Below are positions 34,720-53,141 of a stretch of DNA of 64,000 nt, one piece after another. Numbering within the stretch: position 1 is the first letter of the stretch; each line of letters opens with the position of its first letter. Made by a program: the position numbers and the translations under genes. This DNA is from Lingula anatina (lineage: Eukaryota; Animalia; Brachiopoda): assembly GCA_051362555.1 (NCBI GenBank), contig CM120647.1, forward strand, positions 15,786,651 to 15,850,650, given 5' to 3'. The notes under the pieces are model-generated. The model was not told the DNA's origin. It worked only from the letters and a program-made list of their open reading frames with translations, and made no database searches.

Positions 34720-37418
34720 ATGAAGATCATACTCGTGTGCCTAGCTCTCCAAGGCGCTACCTACGCTGATCATTTATCGAGGAGTAAATTTTACAAAAAC
34801 ATTAAATAGCTAAATCGATGTTTGAAAGCAGATTTACGGGTATATTTTGGGTGGAAGTGCTTAATTAAGGCACTTAATGTTTGATCACGAAAAGAATTTA
34901 TTCACGATTTTCATCATTACCAACATTTCTTTTAATACCGATAACTCATTATAAAAACCATACTTTGTTTTTCCAGACGAAGTTGAGAGACGATGCCTAG
35001 TTGACAAACCGGACGTGTCACAAGGTGTCGCCTATGTCGCCGACATTGACTGCGCCTTTTACTGGCAGTGTGACTTAACCCACACCCTACTGAAAAATTT
35101 CACTCTAAAACAATGCCCCATCGAAACGTAATGGACCTCCGTCGCGAGCGGATTCCCCCCCCCCCCCCCCCCCCCCTGTACCGGGCCAGGAACCTGTGAT
35201 TTGTATAAACTGCGAGCTACAGTCCGCTCCTCAATGTCGATACAAATACCTCCCCTTCGGGATGACGAAACAGTGCCCGATGTGTATGAATCACCATGTG
35301 CTACTTTATACCACCTACCAAGGTCACAGTGAAAATTGTTTTCATTATTGGTTCACATATGTTTCTATTCATTTAATTTGATCATTATAACATTTTATCT
35401 TGGTGGAGGTCTGTGCCATTGGGTGCGCCTGTTACTTTAATGCTTTTAGTATGTTTTATCAATATTATATTATATTATATTATATTATATTATATTATAT
35501 TATATTATATTATATTATATTATATTGATTCAGATCGAGGCAAATGACAACGGGCATATTCCTTTACTTGAGCTTTATTTGAAATAGTCTCAGCTTGAAA
35601 CAGCCGTGTAACTAAAACAAAGAAAATACAATTGTCACTTATTCGTCTAGCTGGTATCACCATTTACTTCTCACATAACATCTGAGTTTATGATTTACAA
35701 TTAGCAACCTGGTTATTAATTAATAAATATATAATATAAACAGAGAAATACTGGTAATATACATTAATGACATTATGTACCAAATTGGCATAAACATCTT
35801 ACCATTATGCCTCCACTGGGTAAATACATAAATAATGCCACTGCATTTTTGCACCTCTGCACTCCTCTGCAGCACACTACTAACTGGCCCACACTCTCCT
35901 TGGTGTGACAACTAGGACTGTTCACTTATGCTAATGGGGTTCTTTTATTAAAGAAATGTGATAGATGTGCTTGCTCAGCATATCTGATGCAATAAACCAT
36001 AAACTAAGTTTGATTGAATAACCTTTGCATTTATTTTCAATACAATGAATACTACATTTTGGTCCTTTATTTTCAAGGCGGACTTCAAATCCCATACTTT
36101 AAGAACATGCGTCCTAGGACAAGCTGGGTAACTGCTGTTGTCTTCAATAGACCCGTGCCCCAGAATGCCGTTATTTTTTACGAGTGCATTACCATCTTCT
36201 TAAATGGTGTCGTAGTCACGGCGTCTGTAGTAGTCTAGTACCCATTGGGCGTGAAGCAAACTCTGACTGTCTCAGCCACCGTACGTTCATTCCAATATTT
36301 CATTTATTGGATTGTGTTAAATATTTTTGCTGTTCCTTTGTTAGTTTGATTTTTCAATTTGCAAAGAAGTGATTTATGTAACAATAGCAATATTTTAACT
36401 GTTATGGAGGCACGATATTTCCTCGACAGCATTTTTCCGATTTGATCAAGGGTGGGACCATATAAACTCAGGTAAGGTGTCATCACCTCAGGTCAAGGGT
36501 CATAACCTTAGGTCAAGGGTCATTTTAGGTCAGGGGTCATAACATCAGGATAGGGGCCATAATCTAAGCTCAGGGATCATAACTTTGTTGGGAGTACATC
36601 TATTATCTTATGAATTTAGTTTATCAATATATTTAGTATTTGGTGGCGCATTTTACTTTCGTGCAGTATGATCATTCTCAAAAGATTGTGTGCACGCACG
36701 GACTGAACAATAAATAAGTAGGCTAATAAATTTCTTTAGTAAATCACTGATTTAATGACTAATAGAAAACTGTGCATTAGAACGAAGTGTATTATTGCAG
36801 ACAGCTGGGGCTGGATATGCGCTCGTGATCTTGCGATGGGACGGTAAGACTTTAATCGTCACTACTGGACGATGGTATTGAGGACGGGGACTCTGTTCAA
36901 GGGCAGGAGGGTAAGCAAGGTTTAGCCACTGAGTTATATCTTTAATGTAATTTTTAGTGTTATTAGTGCAACGTAAAACATTGCAACTCCGGCAACCACC
37001 ACCAGGACTCAAGATCTGAGATTATACTATCTGCAAAACCAGAAATGATTTTAGAAACCTATTCACTGAATTCCACACCTAAATATCTTACTTTTTGAGA
37101 CTTCATCTCTGAATTCGTGGCCTCTATGTCACCATCCCCTCCTCCCCCCCCCCAAAAAAAAATAACTAACTGCAAGCAAACATACAAATCTTGCAGTGAT
37201 CAATAATAATTATTATTATTATCATTATTATTATTATTATTCATTTTTATTTAAATCTGTGTTTGTATGCTGCTTAAAAAGCCTCCTATAACAGGACTTA
37301 CGTTCCAACGTGTTATTTCAGATCCAGACAACGATTTTATATGGTCTGTCGTTTGTTTACCACAACAACCTCTAACAAGCCAGGTCTCCCAGGAAGCTAT
37401 TCTGGTAACATTTGTCTG
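34720..37418 (+). pseudogene. Array copy E, unprocessed pseudogene
   Basis: Recognisable coding exons 1, 2 (34977-), 6 (36078-), 7 (36801-) and 8 (37322-37418); TAA at 35129-35131, TAG at 36236-36238, frameshift and stop in exon 7; exons 3-5 and 9 not found. Confidence 0.88.
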
Positions 37419-37857
37419 GTGAGTATACGTTGACCATTAAGTCACTTAAGGACCCAAGTCTTTGCTAAGGAAGAGGGGAGGAGAACAGGAGCACACAGAT
37501 CAAAATTATCCCCAGGTGAAGCAAGTAAAAAAAGAGGGGCAATTTATTGGTGGGGAATAAAATGTGTTTCATTAAAAACCATTATGGGTCATTTTCTGAC
37601 CTGAAAGTAAAAACAGTTAAGATAAACTTTATCATGCAAATTCAGTGAAAAATTGAATGCATGTGTATCTTGAAACTATTAATTACACTGATTCCAACAG
37701 CGATGACATTTCTCAATACGCAGCCGGCAAGGCTTTTGATAATTGATTTACTAATTGGTTTTGCTTGTTTTGCTGTTATCTGCTGTTATCAATTTATTTT
37801 CCGTCATATATTTTATCTAAATAGCTTCATTTTTTAAAACTAGGATAGAATGGAAGC

Positions 37858-37892
<35 letters not shown>

Positions 37893-37963
37893 TGAAAGTA
37901 AAGGTGTTTTCCTGTACGAGAATATGTATATATGATAAAAAGGAATAAAAACAGCAGTTATTT

Positions 37964-37996
37964 ACCCCGACCGGTTTCATCGCATCTTCAGGGGGT
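37964..37996 (-). ncRNA. Minimal type-I hammerhead ribozyme motif of the Penelope-like-element type (possibly degenerate)
   Basis: - strand reads ACCCC-CTGAAGA-TGCGAT-GAAA-CCGG-TC-GGGGT: stem I, conserved core, palindromic ACCGGT stem III and GUC site; stem II cannot close by Watson-Crick pairing. Confidence 0.6.
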
Positions 37997-38003
37997 TTGT
38001 TCA

Positions 38004-38073
<70 letters not shown>

Positions 38074-38582
38074 CTTAAATATAAAGTATTGGCATCTCTT
38101 AGCAGCGGCCTTGTACCACTGAACTATCTCTTAACCACAAATTATTCGTGACTTCTCCGCCTAGCTTTCTCAAGTGCTTGCCATGTCGTCTTAGATAATG
38201 AATGAGGGCAACGATCTACGAATTTCAGGTGAAAATAAATCTTACCCGGTCATTGTGCCCTAAAGAATTTCTGGGGAAATAATCATCATTAGTACCCCCA
38301 GGGTTCTACAAGAAATGAGTACGGATAGATTACAAGTATATCAAAATAACGCTTCGTATCACAATTGCATTATTTCACAAACGAATAAATAGGCAGCACC
38401 ACCCCTTTACATAAATGACCCCAAATATGACACCAGAACGCAATCTACTAATTTGTTTGCATTTTTATATGGAGACGATAGGGAATTATTTTGGGTCGCA
38501 TGCACGTATTAAAGAAAGCAGCCTTGTCAATGCTGTAGACACATCAGACAAATTTTCAAAATAAATTGGAACTGTAACTTGA

Positions 38583-38616
<34 letters not shown>

Positions 38617-40144
38617 GATATAGTTTTATCTTAATGAGACGTGACTCGTGGTTTAAAAATAAAAGTAACTCTAAATACTGACTATCATTTGTGATTCAGA
38701 ATATAAATATTCTATTGAATGATAAAATATTGAAAAAAACGCTTGTTTTTCTTCATTCGTTTATCATTTATTTATTTAGTCTTCACTATGGTGGAGGTGA
38801 CAAAGGAAACAGGTGAAATTAATGGACAATAGCAAAATTATAGAATGTAAATGTGACCACTTATTATTGGCTAATTCATCCATTTTCATCACGTCTCCCT
38901 ATTACCGTTGCAATTAATTCTAATGCCTGAATACTTCACATACATCTTGGAACACCTTCGTCATTCAATACAATAGTTGGCAAGTGGCCAGTTAGTACAT
39001 TCATTGTCACATCCCGCAATAAATTATGTCCTCTTATTCATTTCAAGTTATTGTTATGGATCCCTTTTCTTATTCCTCATTATCTCCGGTAACTGCATCG
39101 TATGATTCATTGGTGTTATTCAAAAGCCAGTTATGGGAGGAATAAGAGCTTGAAATCTGAAGTTATTAAAGACGTATTTCACGTGCTCTTCCCCCTTCAA
39201 AGTACATAGGCTGAAAATGAAATGACCCTCCACGCAGTTTTAAATAAAATACTGAATCTCCTTGACAACCAGCGTCCAATGAGATATCTACTGACGTCAC
39301 AAAGTGAATGTTCGCCATACATTTTCTGTCCACTTCAAAGTGAACTGGTGTGGCAGGAATAAAAGAAGCTGACACCCGTTACCGATTGATAGAGGAGACC
39401 ACAGGTGCGAGGTAGGTTATAATTTTTGTCTATCCAAATCAAAATCCTCGTGATAAGAGATGTATTTCAGCTGGGATGGCTCTATTTTGGATTTACATTT
39501 AGAGGGGATGTACAATACTGCGTACAATTAATCATGCATTAAAACGAATATAATGATAATCGATGAATTCAAGTTTAAGTTTAAATCTACTAGGGTTTGG
39601 ACGAATATACTGTATAACTCTATCTCCCTCTCTCTCTCTTTCCTGTAATTTTTTTCTTTCTTTTTACCCCTTCTGACTTATATTCTTTATGACATTTATC
39701 TTACATTCATCAAATGTTTAAGACGGAAATCTTGATGCAACATTTTACATGATATATATTTTTTTCTGTCAACGTGTAGAAGTATTTTAGATTTAATCGT
39801 ACTGCATGAAACAATATTAAGTATATAGAAAGTATTTTATATCATTAAAACTTATCTCCAGACTCACCTTACCGTCATTCACTATGATTCATTCTCACTA
39901 TTGAATTTGCCTATCGAATAATTGGGCTTTTACAGATATTAAAATTAAGAAACACTGTTTTTTATGAAAATTCTATCTTATTATATCTGCACTGAGTATT
40001 TCCTGTATTTGCTAGTTTTAAGTTTGATACCTTTAGTTTATAAAGTTTATATTATACGTAACGCTGAGACGAACGTCGCATGAATTAAATCATGATTATC
40101 ATTATTATTATCATGACACTTGTAACAACGTATTACAGATCAGG

Positions 40145-44741
<4,597 letters not shown>

Positions 44742-45321
44742 GGTCACACCACCAATAATGCTAGAAACCGCGATAATCGTGTTTAACGGAAAAAGTGCGT
44801 CATGAAGAAGTCAACAAATAATACATTTGTTCCTTTGATTTTTTACTGGGAAATTTTCAGCAATGCGAAGAACGATGACCTATCGCAACAGAAAAAGGCG
44901 ACCCATTATTAAATATGACATAGTTGATTTTTGCATTTTGGAAAAGTACATTGTATGGTATCTGCTAAAATTGATAGCTCATTACGTCTGTAATTATATT
45001 TGATAATTAAGGCCTAGGCAATGATTACAATATTTGGTCATCATTTTTACGTTTCCAGGACACTTTAAGCATGTGGCTTTTTTTTTTTTCGAGGACCGAA
45101 CTTTTAACAAAACAACCAAATTAAATATTTTTGGACAAGATGTGTAGCGACTGCCCAGGGATACTTTTGGTTGCTCTTAATGTAGACCGAGATACCTATT
45201 TATGACCAATAAACATGCCTAGCTTTAAAATGAATTAGTTTATGTCATTGTTTATATGTGTTTGTAAGATAGAAAGACAGAGAGAGAGAGAGAAGTGTGT
45301 GTGTGTGTGTGTGTGTGTGTT

Positions 45322-45370
<49 letters not shown>

Positions 45371-45890
45371 GAGGGAGAAAGAAATAGAGCACCCGAATTA
45401 AACGAATTTGTGCTTATATGAAACATCACTTTCCCATGTCATACATCATTTTATCATTTTAACTACACGCATACCCCCCATAGTACTCCAAATGATATAA
45501 ATTTAGCAAACAAGGTGACAATAATAACTATGAAGGGCATGTGTGCTTTTAGAAAAAACGCTCTGAAGTTAATAAAAAAGTAGGCCTTCCTTTGTTCTTT
45601 GTCGAAGATTGTAAATCACTAGATTATAACATTGTATCGGGTGTTTTTTTTTTAATTATTATTATTTTGTATTATATTTATTTATTTATTTAATTTTTGG
45701 TGTTGTCATAAACAATACAGTGTGAAGGATTTATGCGTTTGTGACTTGGACGTGACATAGAGTTAATTTTGACCTGGTTGATATACAGATTGTGTTAGTT
45801 GTGACTTGGGTGAGACGGATTGCGTTAGGTGTAGCTTGGGTGAAGCAAATTGGTTTAAGATATTTCCGTTTTTTTTAATGCCTCGCTCGT

Positions 45891-48050
45891 AAACGTTATC
45901 TCAGTGCAAAACAAAATGAAAATAAAAGCATCTGAAGTCGTCTAACTAGGAACGTTCAGAGCAGGCCTATCAATGAATGCAATCCAACTTGTTTTGATTC
46001 AATAGCTTTTCCCGTATAACAGCAGGTCATACCACCTGTTAACCGTGATCGGTACAAAAACGATATCTCCTCGGCAGAAGTATTTCACAAATATGTTTTG
46101 CTAAAAATTACCATCACTGCAATTGCACCAGTAATTAAACACTTGAATGTTTTTTTTTTTTTTTTATTCTCTCCTCTTAGTGTCTCGCTAAAAGTAAAAC
46201 ACGCCTGTTGTGTACCGCCTCTGATCCCATTGTACTCTTTAATATCACGGGTAAAGCCAAAATAAATGTATGTATAAAACAAACTCCGAGCTCCGTGTCG
46301 GGTTCTCAAACACGACTTCCTGTGCATCATGAACTTTACTGTTCATGTCTGGGACTTGGGTTTCGTGGGATGAAATGCGGCACCCGGATTATCGATTGGG
46401 ATAGCAGATCTACACATGTACATCCAATCTGGCGCTCTCAGTGACAAGGTTGAAAGATTCCATCTGATCGATCTGTTGTCAACGAAGCTGTCGTGGCTGC
46501 GTGGTAACTCTGCTGTCTAGCAGACAGGCGGCAACTCGGACGCTGGTTCGAGTCCCAGTAGCTACTGTGTCACTTTTTGCCAAAATTAATTTTTTTTAAA
46601 ATTGCGATTGATTACTATAAGAGGAAACTCGCATGTACGGAGGGTGGTCGGGTCAGTCACGGAGCAGTCGGTAGCGTGCATGGATGCAAATCAAACAGCC
46701 AAAGCGTCATCAACCTTGGTAACGCAAAGTCACGGGTTCGAGTCCCGGATGAGGCACGTCGCGAAAACGACCTGGCCCCTGAATCGGGATGCCACGAGAC
46801 CACAACGAATGAGGGACTTAGCAAATTACCTTTTGCATAAAAATACGGTATACTTCAGAAAGTTTACATCTGCTTCGACAATTATATTTCCTTTCTCTTC
46901 AATTAAAAGGCCTTATATTGGCGCCACGATCTTGAATTAAATTGAGCTAATAAAGCTAACTCCGTATGTTCTGCATTTCATCAAAATGTGCTATCTTTTT
47001 GGTGCGATTGTCAGAGGGAAAACTTTTGTTTTTTTACAAAAGTTGCGTCGCTTCTACTCCTTTTATCAGGCACAAGTTTTGTCTTTTTATGCCCCTCCTT
47101 TCCTATCTCGGGCCCTTGCTTCTCATGACTGTTCATATGTTCATACCGTACCCGGGGCAGTCCGCAGTCGACATTTGAAAGAATAAAGACTACTCAATAC
47201 TGAAACCGCCGAGGTATGAACAGCTGTGCATCTCACCGTGCTCTATAACGTCAAAGGTGAAACCAAACGTTATCTCAGTGCAAAACAAAATGAAAATAAA
47301 AGCATCTGATGTCGTCTAAATAGGATCGTTCAGAGCAGGCCTATCAATGAATGCAATCCAACTTGTTTTGATTCAGTAGCTTTTCCAAAATAAATGTAAG
47401 TATAAAACAAACTCCGTGCTCCGTGTCGGGTTCTCAAACACGACTTCCTGTGCATCATGAACTTTACTGTTCATGCCTGGGACTTGGGTTTCGTGGGATG
47501 AAATGCGGCACCCGGATTATCGATTGATTCTGGCGCTCTCCGTGACAAGGTTGAAAGATTCCATCTGATCATTCTTCTGCCACGAAACTGTCGTGGCAGC
47601 GTGGTAACTCTGCTGTCTAGCAGACAGGCGACAACTCGGACGCTGGTTCGAGTCCCTGTAGCTATTGTGTCACTTTTTGCCAGAATTAATTTTTTTAAAA
47701 ATTGCGATTGATTACTATAAGAGTCACGGAGCAGTCGGTAGTGTGCATGGATGCAAATCAGACAGCCAAAGCGTCATCAACCTTGGTAACGCAAAGTCAC
47801 GGGTTCGAGTCCCGGATGAGGCACGTCGCGAAAACGACCTGGCCCCTGAATCGGGATGCCACGAGACCACAACGAATGAGGGTTCTCGTGGGACTTAGCA
47901 AATTACCTTTTGCATAAAAATACGGTATACTTCAGAAAGTTTACATCTGCTGTTCATGCCTGGGACTTGGGTTTCGTGGGATGAAATGCGGCACCCGGAT
48001 TATCGATTGGGATAGCAGATCTACACATGTACATCCAATCCGGCGCTCTT
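45891..48050 (+). repeat. Tandemly duplicated composite repeat (units from 45891 and 47265, partial third unit from ~47950); the two full units each carry two tRNA-like heads
   Basis: Near-identical blocks with unit-specific deletions; A-box/B-box pairs TGGCTGCGTGG..GGTTCGAGTCC (46487-46566, 47587-47665) and CGGAGCAGTCGG..GGTTCGAGTCC (~46655-46756, 47723-47824). Confidence 0.75.
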
Positions 48051-48057
48051 TCAGCCT

Positions 48058-48240
48058 CGGGTAATGTTTGACTTGGTTGTGACAAATTGTGTAATTTTTG
48101 ATTTGGGTGTGGCATTTTGTTGTTTGAGCCATGGGTAATGTTTGACATGGTTGTGACAAATTGTGTAATTTTTTATTTGGGTGTGGCAGATTGTTGTTTG
48201 AACCTCGGGTAATGTTTGACTTGGGTGTGATAGATTGCGA
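48058..48240 (+). repeat. ~74-bp tandem repeat (about 2.4 copies), related to degenerate GACTTGGGTG repeats at 45740-45855
   Basis: GGGTAATGTTTGAC recurs at about 48059, 48133 and 48207. Confidence 0.75.
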
Positions 48241-50639
48241 TGAATGTGCCAAACATACAACAGGTTGTGTCCACACGCTTAAGTGTGGCAGTGATAGGTG
48301 TGGAACTGACATAATATAAAACAAACAAAACCCTTAGTTTTTTCAATGAGTTTAATTTTCCAGAAAATAAGGGAAAATGTTCAACAACTAGATGCAACTG
48401 CTCCAAAGCAAATATCATAACCAACCAAATTGGACAATACCTACATGGACAATGAACCATACAAATTGGACAATGCCTACATGGACAATGGACCATGCAA
48501 TATCATGCTTGCATGTACAGGTAAGAAAAACCAACACGAATGACACTTTTGCAAATGACCATTTACTTAGGGGGAAAAAACTTACATATGTGTAGAAATA
48601 ATACACAAGTTGCTAGTATTTAGTATGACTGTATCTGAATTAAGAGTACATGATCATTCTTGGATCAGAGAGTTGATTGCAATATATGGTCCTGCTTACT
48701 GTAACCTTCAGCTTCCTAGGATGTATCTAAGAAGGGCCTTTTACGAGGTATATAAATTCTACCAAGATACAATTTTATAACAAAATGTGATGATAAATAT
48801 ATCCCTAGGCGTTTGTTTTGTTATTTCATATAATAAAGCAGAAAGGATAAAGCCAGAGATTCTACATTTTATGTAAACTAGTCTTAAAAGTATATATCAC
48901 AAAATAAGTCAATGCCGTACGTAACATACAACAGCTGGGGCAGGTTTGAGACCACCAAAAATACTTTTAATATTACAAATTCAAAACATTTACAAAGGCA
49001 AACACATGCATTATTTGAACGTTTTGTTTTCATCCTCTAAGGTACAAAGGCCATTGTTTCCATCAATATGTCATGCTACAAACTTGTAAAAGGCAGGCTT
49101 GTTTAGCCTTCAAGACGATTTGATAGTCATCTGAAAAGAGAATTCTGAAGGTCATACCTGGCTATTAAATATTATGGAATAGAACCCATTATAAATTGTT
49201 AAGTTATACTATCTGCATTTGAAAATGTCCCAGAATTATATAATATTTCCTGTCTCCATGTCCTGCAAGGATACCTATCTTTCCCAATTCAGCCATTAAA
49301 AATAATGAAACCCCTCATATAAAATAACCAGATGCTAATTTTTTTCCTATTGAAATGTAGAGGAAGACAAGGCAGCTAATGAGACTGGTCAATCACTTAG
49401 AACTAGATTGCTGAATGTAGAGCTAACTGCTCAATTAGAAAAGGTATCAAACATTAAATCGCATCAACAGTCTTTCAATAGGAAAGATTGATTTTTCTGT
49501 TGTGCTTTGATCTGGCTGGAAAATCCCCAATGGGAATTTAAACCTTTAATCAAATGGAAATATGTCCCCTATAGCAAGCAACCCCACCCCACTCTGCCTG
49601 CTTGCTTATGTGTTCATTTTACACACAATGTTCTACTCCATGTAGTTGATATGTTTTGATAACAAGGGTAATTGGGCAGGTGCAGAGGTATGGGGGCTCT
49701 CCTGTTCAAGGCCTCTAAATGCCAATAACAATTACAACAACCACAAGGAAAAAACCCTTCAGCTGACTGACATAATACAACTTATGCAACAATGGACTGG
49801 CATCACAAACATACTCAAGATCCATAGTAGGGATTAAGATTTAAGACAAAATATTTCAGCATTTTTTGACCCACAAGATTCATAGCAGTCCACTGAAATA
49901 AAGCAATGGTAGGACTAACATAAACATAAGCTTTTTCTTTTCTTTTTCTTTCTATTCTCCGGGAAAAGCCTCGACTACAACCAAATTATCTTGGGTTAAA
50001 CTGCATGAAAATGTTTGCTCTTAAAGCTACATAAATATGTGAAACTGCAACAGATTTCAATAATTCCCTATCACCTAGCTACTCATGTTTAGCACAAACT
50101 GGGTCTGCTTGCAAAACAATTACAAAACATCCAATAAAATTATATAATAATGAATATTCATAAAATATGATTATTTTGTTTTATATTCAATATATTAATT
50201 AGACGTTTATATCTAGTATACTAATAGCAAAACCAATTAATGTGCAAAATACCCAATGTGGGGATGGCCTTGTTCATAGGAACTAAAAACTGTATCACCA
50301 GTCTGATTTGGAAAAGTATCCTTCCATGTAAAACAGCTGTTTTTGAAAACAAATCTCAAGAGTTGAGAACCGACTTGGTTCATTCACATTGTAGTTACAT
50401 CAAAATTTTCAAATCAAATTTATCTTATACTGTACTTTATACTAATTTATAATTTAGAGACAAAAGTGTACTTTCTCACTCAAAGCCAAATAGCTTTTTA
50501 AACCATGATAAATCAGGATTTTTAAGTATTACTTGGTAAACATATTTTAAGAAAGTTAATGGATTTATGTTACTTGAATTCAGTGAGTAAGTACCATACA
50601 TATCAATCCATAACATCTCTCTGAGGGTTCCAGTGAATG

Positions 50640-53103
50640 CTATACCACAGCAGAACCACAACCAGCACGGCTGACATTCATGCTACTCGCGAAACTCCAC
50701 GAGTCAGTTTTAGGATTGTACACCTCGACGCTCGAGAGTCGATTGGAGCCATCAAAACCTCCGATGAGAAATATTTTGTTGTCGAAAACCGTGACAGCTG
50801 GCCAAGCTCGGGGCGTGTTCATGGGTGTAATGGAGGTCCACTGTTGGGTCAGGGTGTTGTATCTGGAAAAGGTCAAAGGTCAAGGTCAGAGGTTGAGATA
50901 CATGGTTTACAGGTCAAGACCAATTTTCTAAAGAAAAAACATTACTGAACTATACATGGTGTATTCACTGATGTCCTTGAAGTCCACTATAGGGTCAGGG
51001 TGTAGTACTTGAAAAAAGGTCATAGTTCAAGGTCATAGGTCAAGTAGACCTGAGATGAAGATCAATCTTCCAAAGAAATAGCAAATCTTAAGTGTAAATG
51101 TTTTTTTTTTTTTTTTGAAGATTTTATCATTTATCAAAATATTATTTACCACATTGCAGATAATGCCTCACTTACACAGTGTTGCTTGAATTTATTGTCA
51201 TAAAGAAGTTTAATATTCAAAATTATTTTTTCTGCTTATGACCTTAAAATTGGATTCAAAAGGGGTAAAGAGGCACATTTTTATCAAATCACTTTGTACA
51301 ATGCCAACCAAATTTCCTTCACAGAAATATGTCGCACCACACATCCAAGGCCACAGAAGTTGCTCCAAGCCATCTGTACATCATTACATGCTAGTACGCA
51401 AAACTTTCTCTAGAAATTTGGAACCATTTTTCACCTTTCGGCAATGTCATAATACTGGTCACTAAATCTGAGCCTGCCACCAAAGGCATACAGATAGTGG
51501 TCAATTGCCACCAGCGCCATTCCAGATCGAGCTTTTTCCATTTCTGCGACAAATGTCCATTGGTTGGTCTCGGGGTCGAAGCATTCTACGCTGGCACGGT
51601 CAGTATGGTAAGCCTTGTCGTATCCACCTGAAAGGACAATGATAATATGAACTTTAAGACTACTAAATTAATTCTATGAAGATAAGATATTAGATAACAA
51701 TTTCATTCAGCCAATAAATATATCAAAATATATATTATCTGTTACCATGTTAAAGTGTTGCTGTGTTAAATGAAGTTTTAAAATCGTAAGAATATGAAAC
51801 ATCAAGTTGAGATCACAAACATACCTCTGTACATGAATCATACTTCTTCCACAACCTCCATAAATATTCATCACACATACCAATAAGCTAATTTCCACAT
51901 TCCAGTATACCCTTGGTAACTGATTTTATGGTAAGCATTATCATTATTATTATTATTGCTCATTCATAGAGTAAATTCAGGGTGACTCCCTAATTGCACA
52001 AGAATTACAGAGAGACCAAATGTTTTACCCTTCAAATAATAAATAAATAAAAACAAATAAAATAAACAAGAATAATAAACAAATTAGGCTGGTTTTTCCA
52101 ACCTGAGCTGTATTTCAGTCATTTAGTTTTTCAGTGTGCAAATAACAAATTATATCCTTTTCCTTTGATTGTGTTTACGGTGAAAAGTACATGAGATGAT
52201 AATAACAGACTTAAGCCATAGCTTTACGCACAGATATACTGTGTCTGTGCATAAAAAGAAACATACAACTATTATACCTGCTACATAGATGACCCCGTCA
52301 CATACGGCCACTCCCGCGCCAGCTCTACGACGCTGCATGTTAGGAACAAAATGCCACGTATCAGTTTTTGTATTGTATCTTTCCACGATGTTGAAACTGC
52401 TCCCTCGATCTTCTCCACCTGCGAGAATAAATCAAGAGTTCTTATTTGAAGTGTTTGAGCAAAGCTGCAGTGACTGCACATGCAGACATGACGTAAACTC
52501 TGACAGCACTGACAGATTAACAACTTTCTTTAAAGTCAAATGAAATTCATACATACTGCCAACATACGGTATAAAACCCAAAACGTAACTACACACTTTT
52601 AGCTAGAATACAAGAGAGAATAATGATCCAAAATATTTTAACAATAAAAACATTTTTTTAAAAATTACAACGAAACTTGCTATGAGAAGAGCAGTAAAAT
52701 GAGATAATGAGACATGATCAAGGCAGGATTAGTCATATATATGTATATATTTTTTCTATGTCTGCAACATGAGACATCAGATCAATTTTCTGTAATACCA
52801 ACTGACATTCTTACATACCAATGGCATACAGATACTCTCCACAGGACACCACAGCCACAAATGATCTTGGAATTTTCATGTCTGCTTTACTTGTCCAGCA
52901 TTTAGATATGGGGCTATAGCATTCAACGCAGCGCAGGTACAGGGTGTCGTCCTGGGTCTCCGCCAGCGCACACTCTCCGCCCACCGCGTACAGGAGTCCA
53001 TTCACAGTTGTCGCACCAACGGCTGTTCTTGCTACAGTCATGTTGCCCTGAATTGAATGATAGCATTGAAATCTTTCTTGAGAACTTTAGAGCTGTCTAT
53101 ACG

Positions 53104-53141
<38 letters not shown>

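Noticed and set aside
46487-46756. Functional tRNA genes, including a CUA suppressor reading
   Set aside because: Acceptor and D stems do not pair properly and the spacing is aberrant; treated as tRNA-derived repeat heads.
46741-46792. Hammerhead-like CGGATGAG..CGAAA
   Set aside because: Core mismatch (CGGA for CUGA) and no valid stem II or III.
48058-48500. CRISPR-like repeat arrays (74-bp and ~39-bp units)
   Set aside because: Contiguous tandem repeats without unique spacers, in a eukaryotic context with no cas genes.
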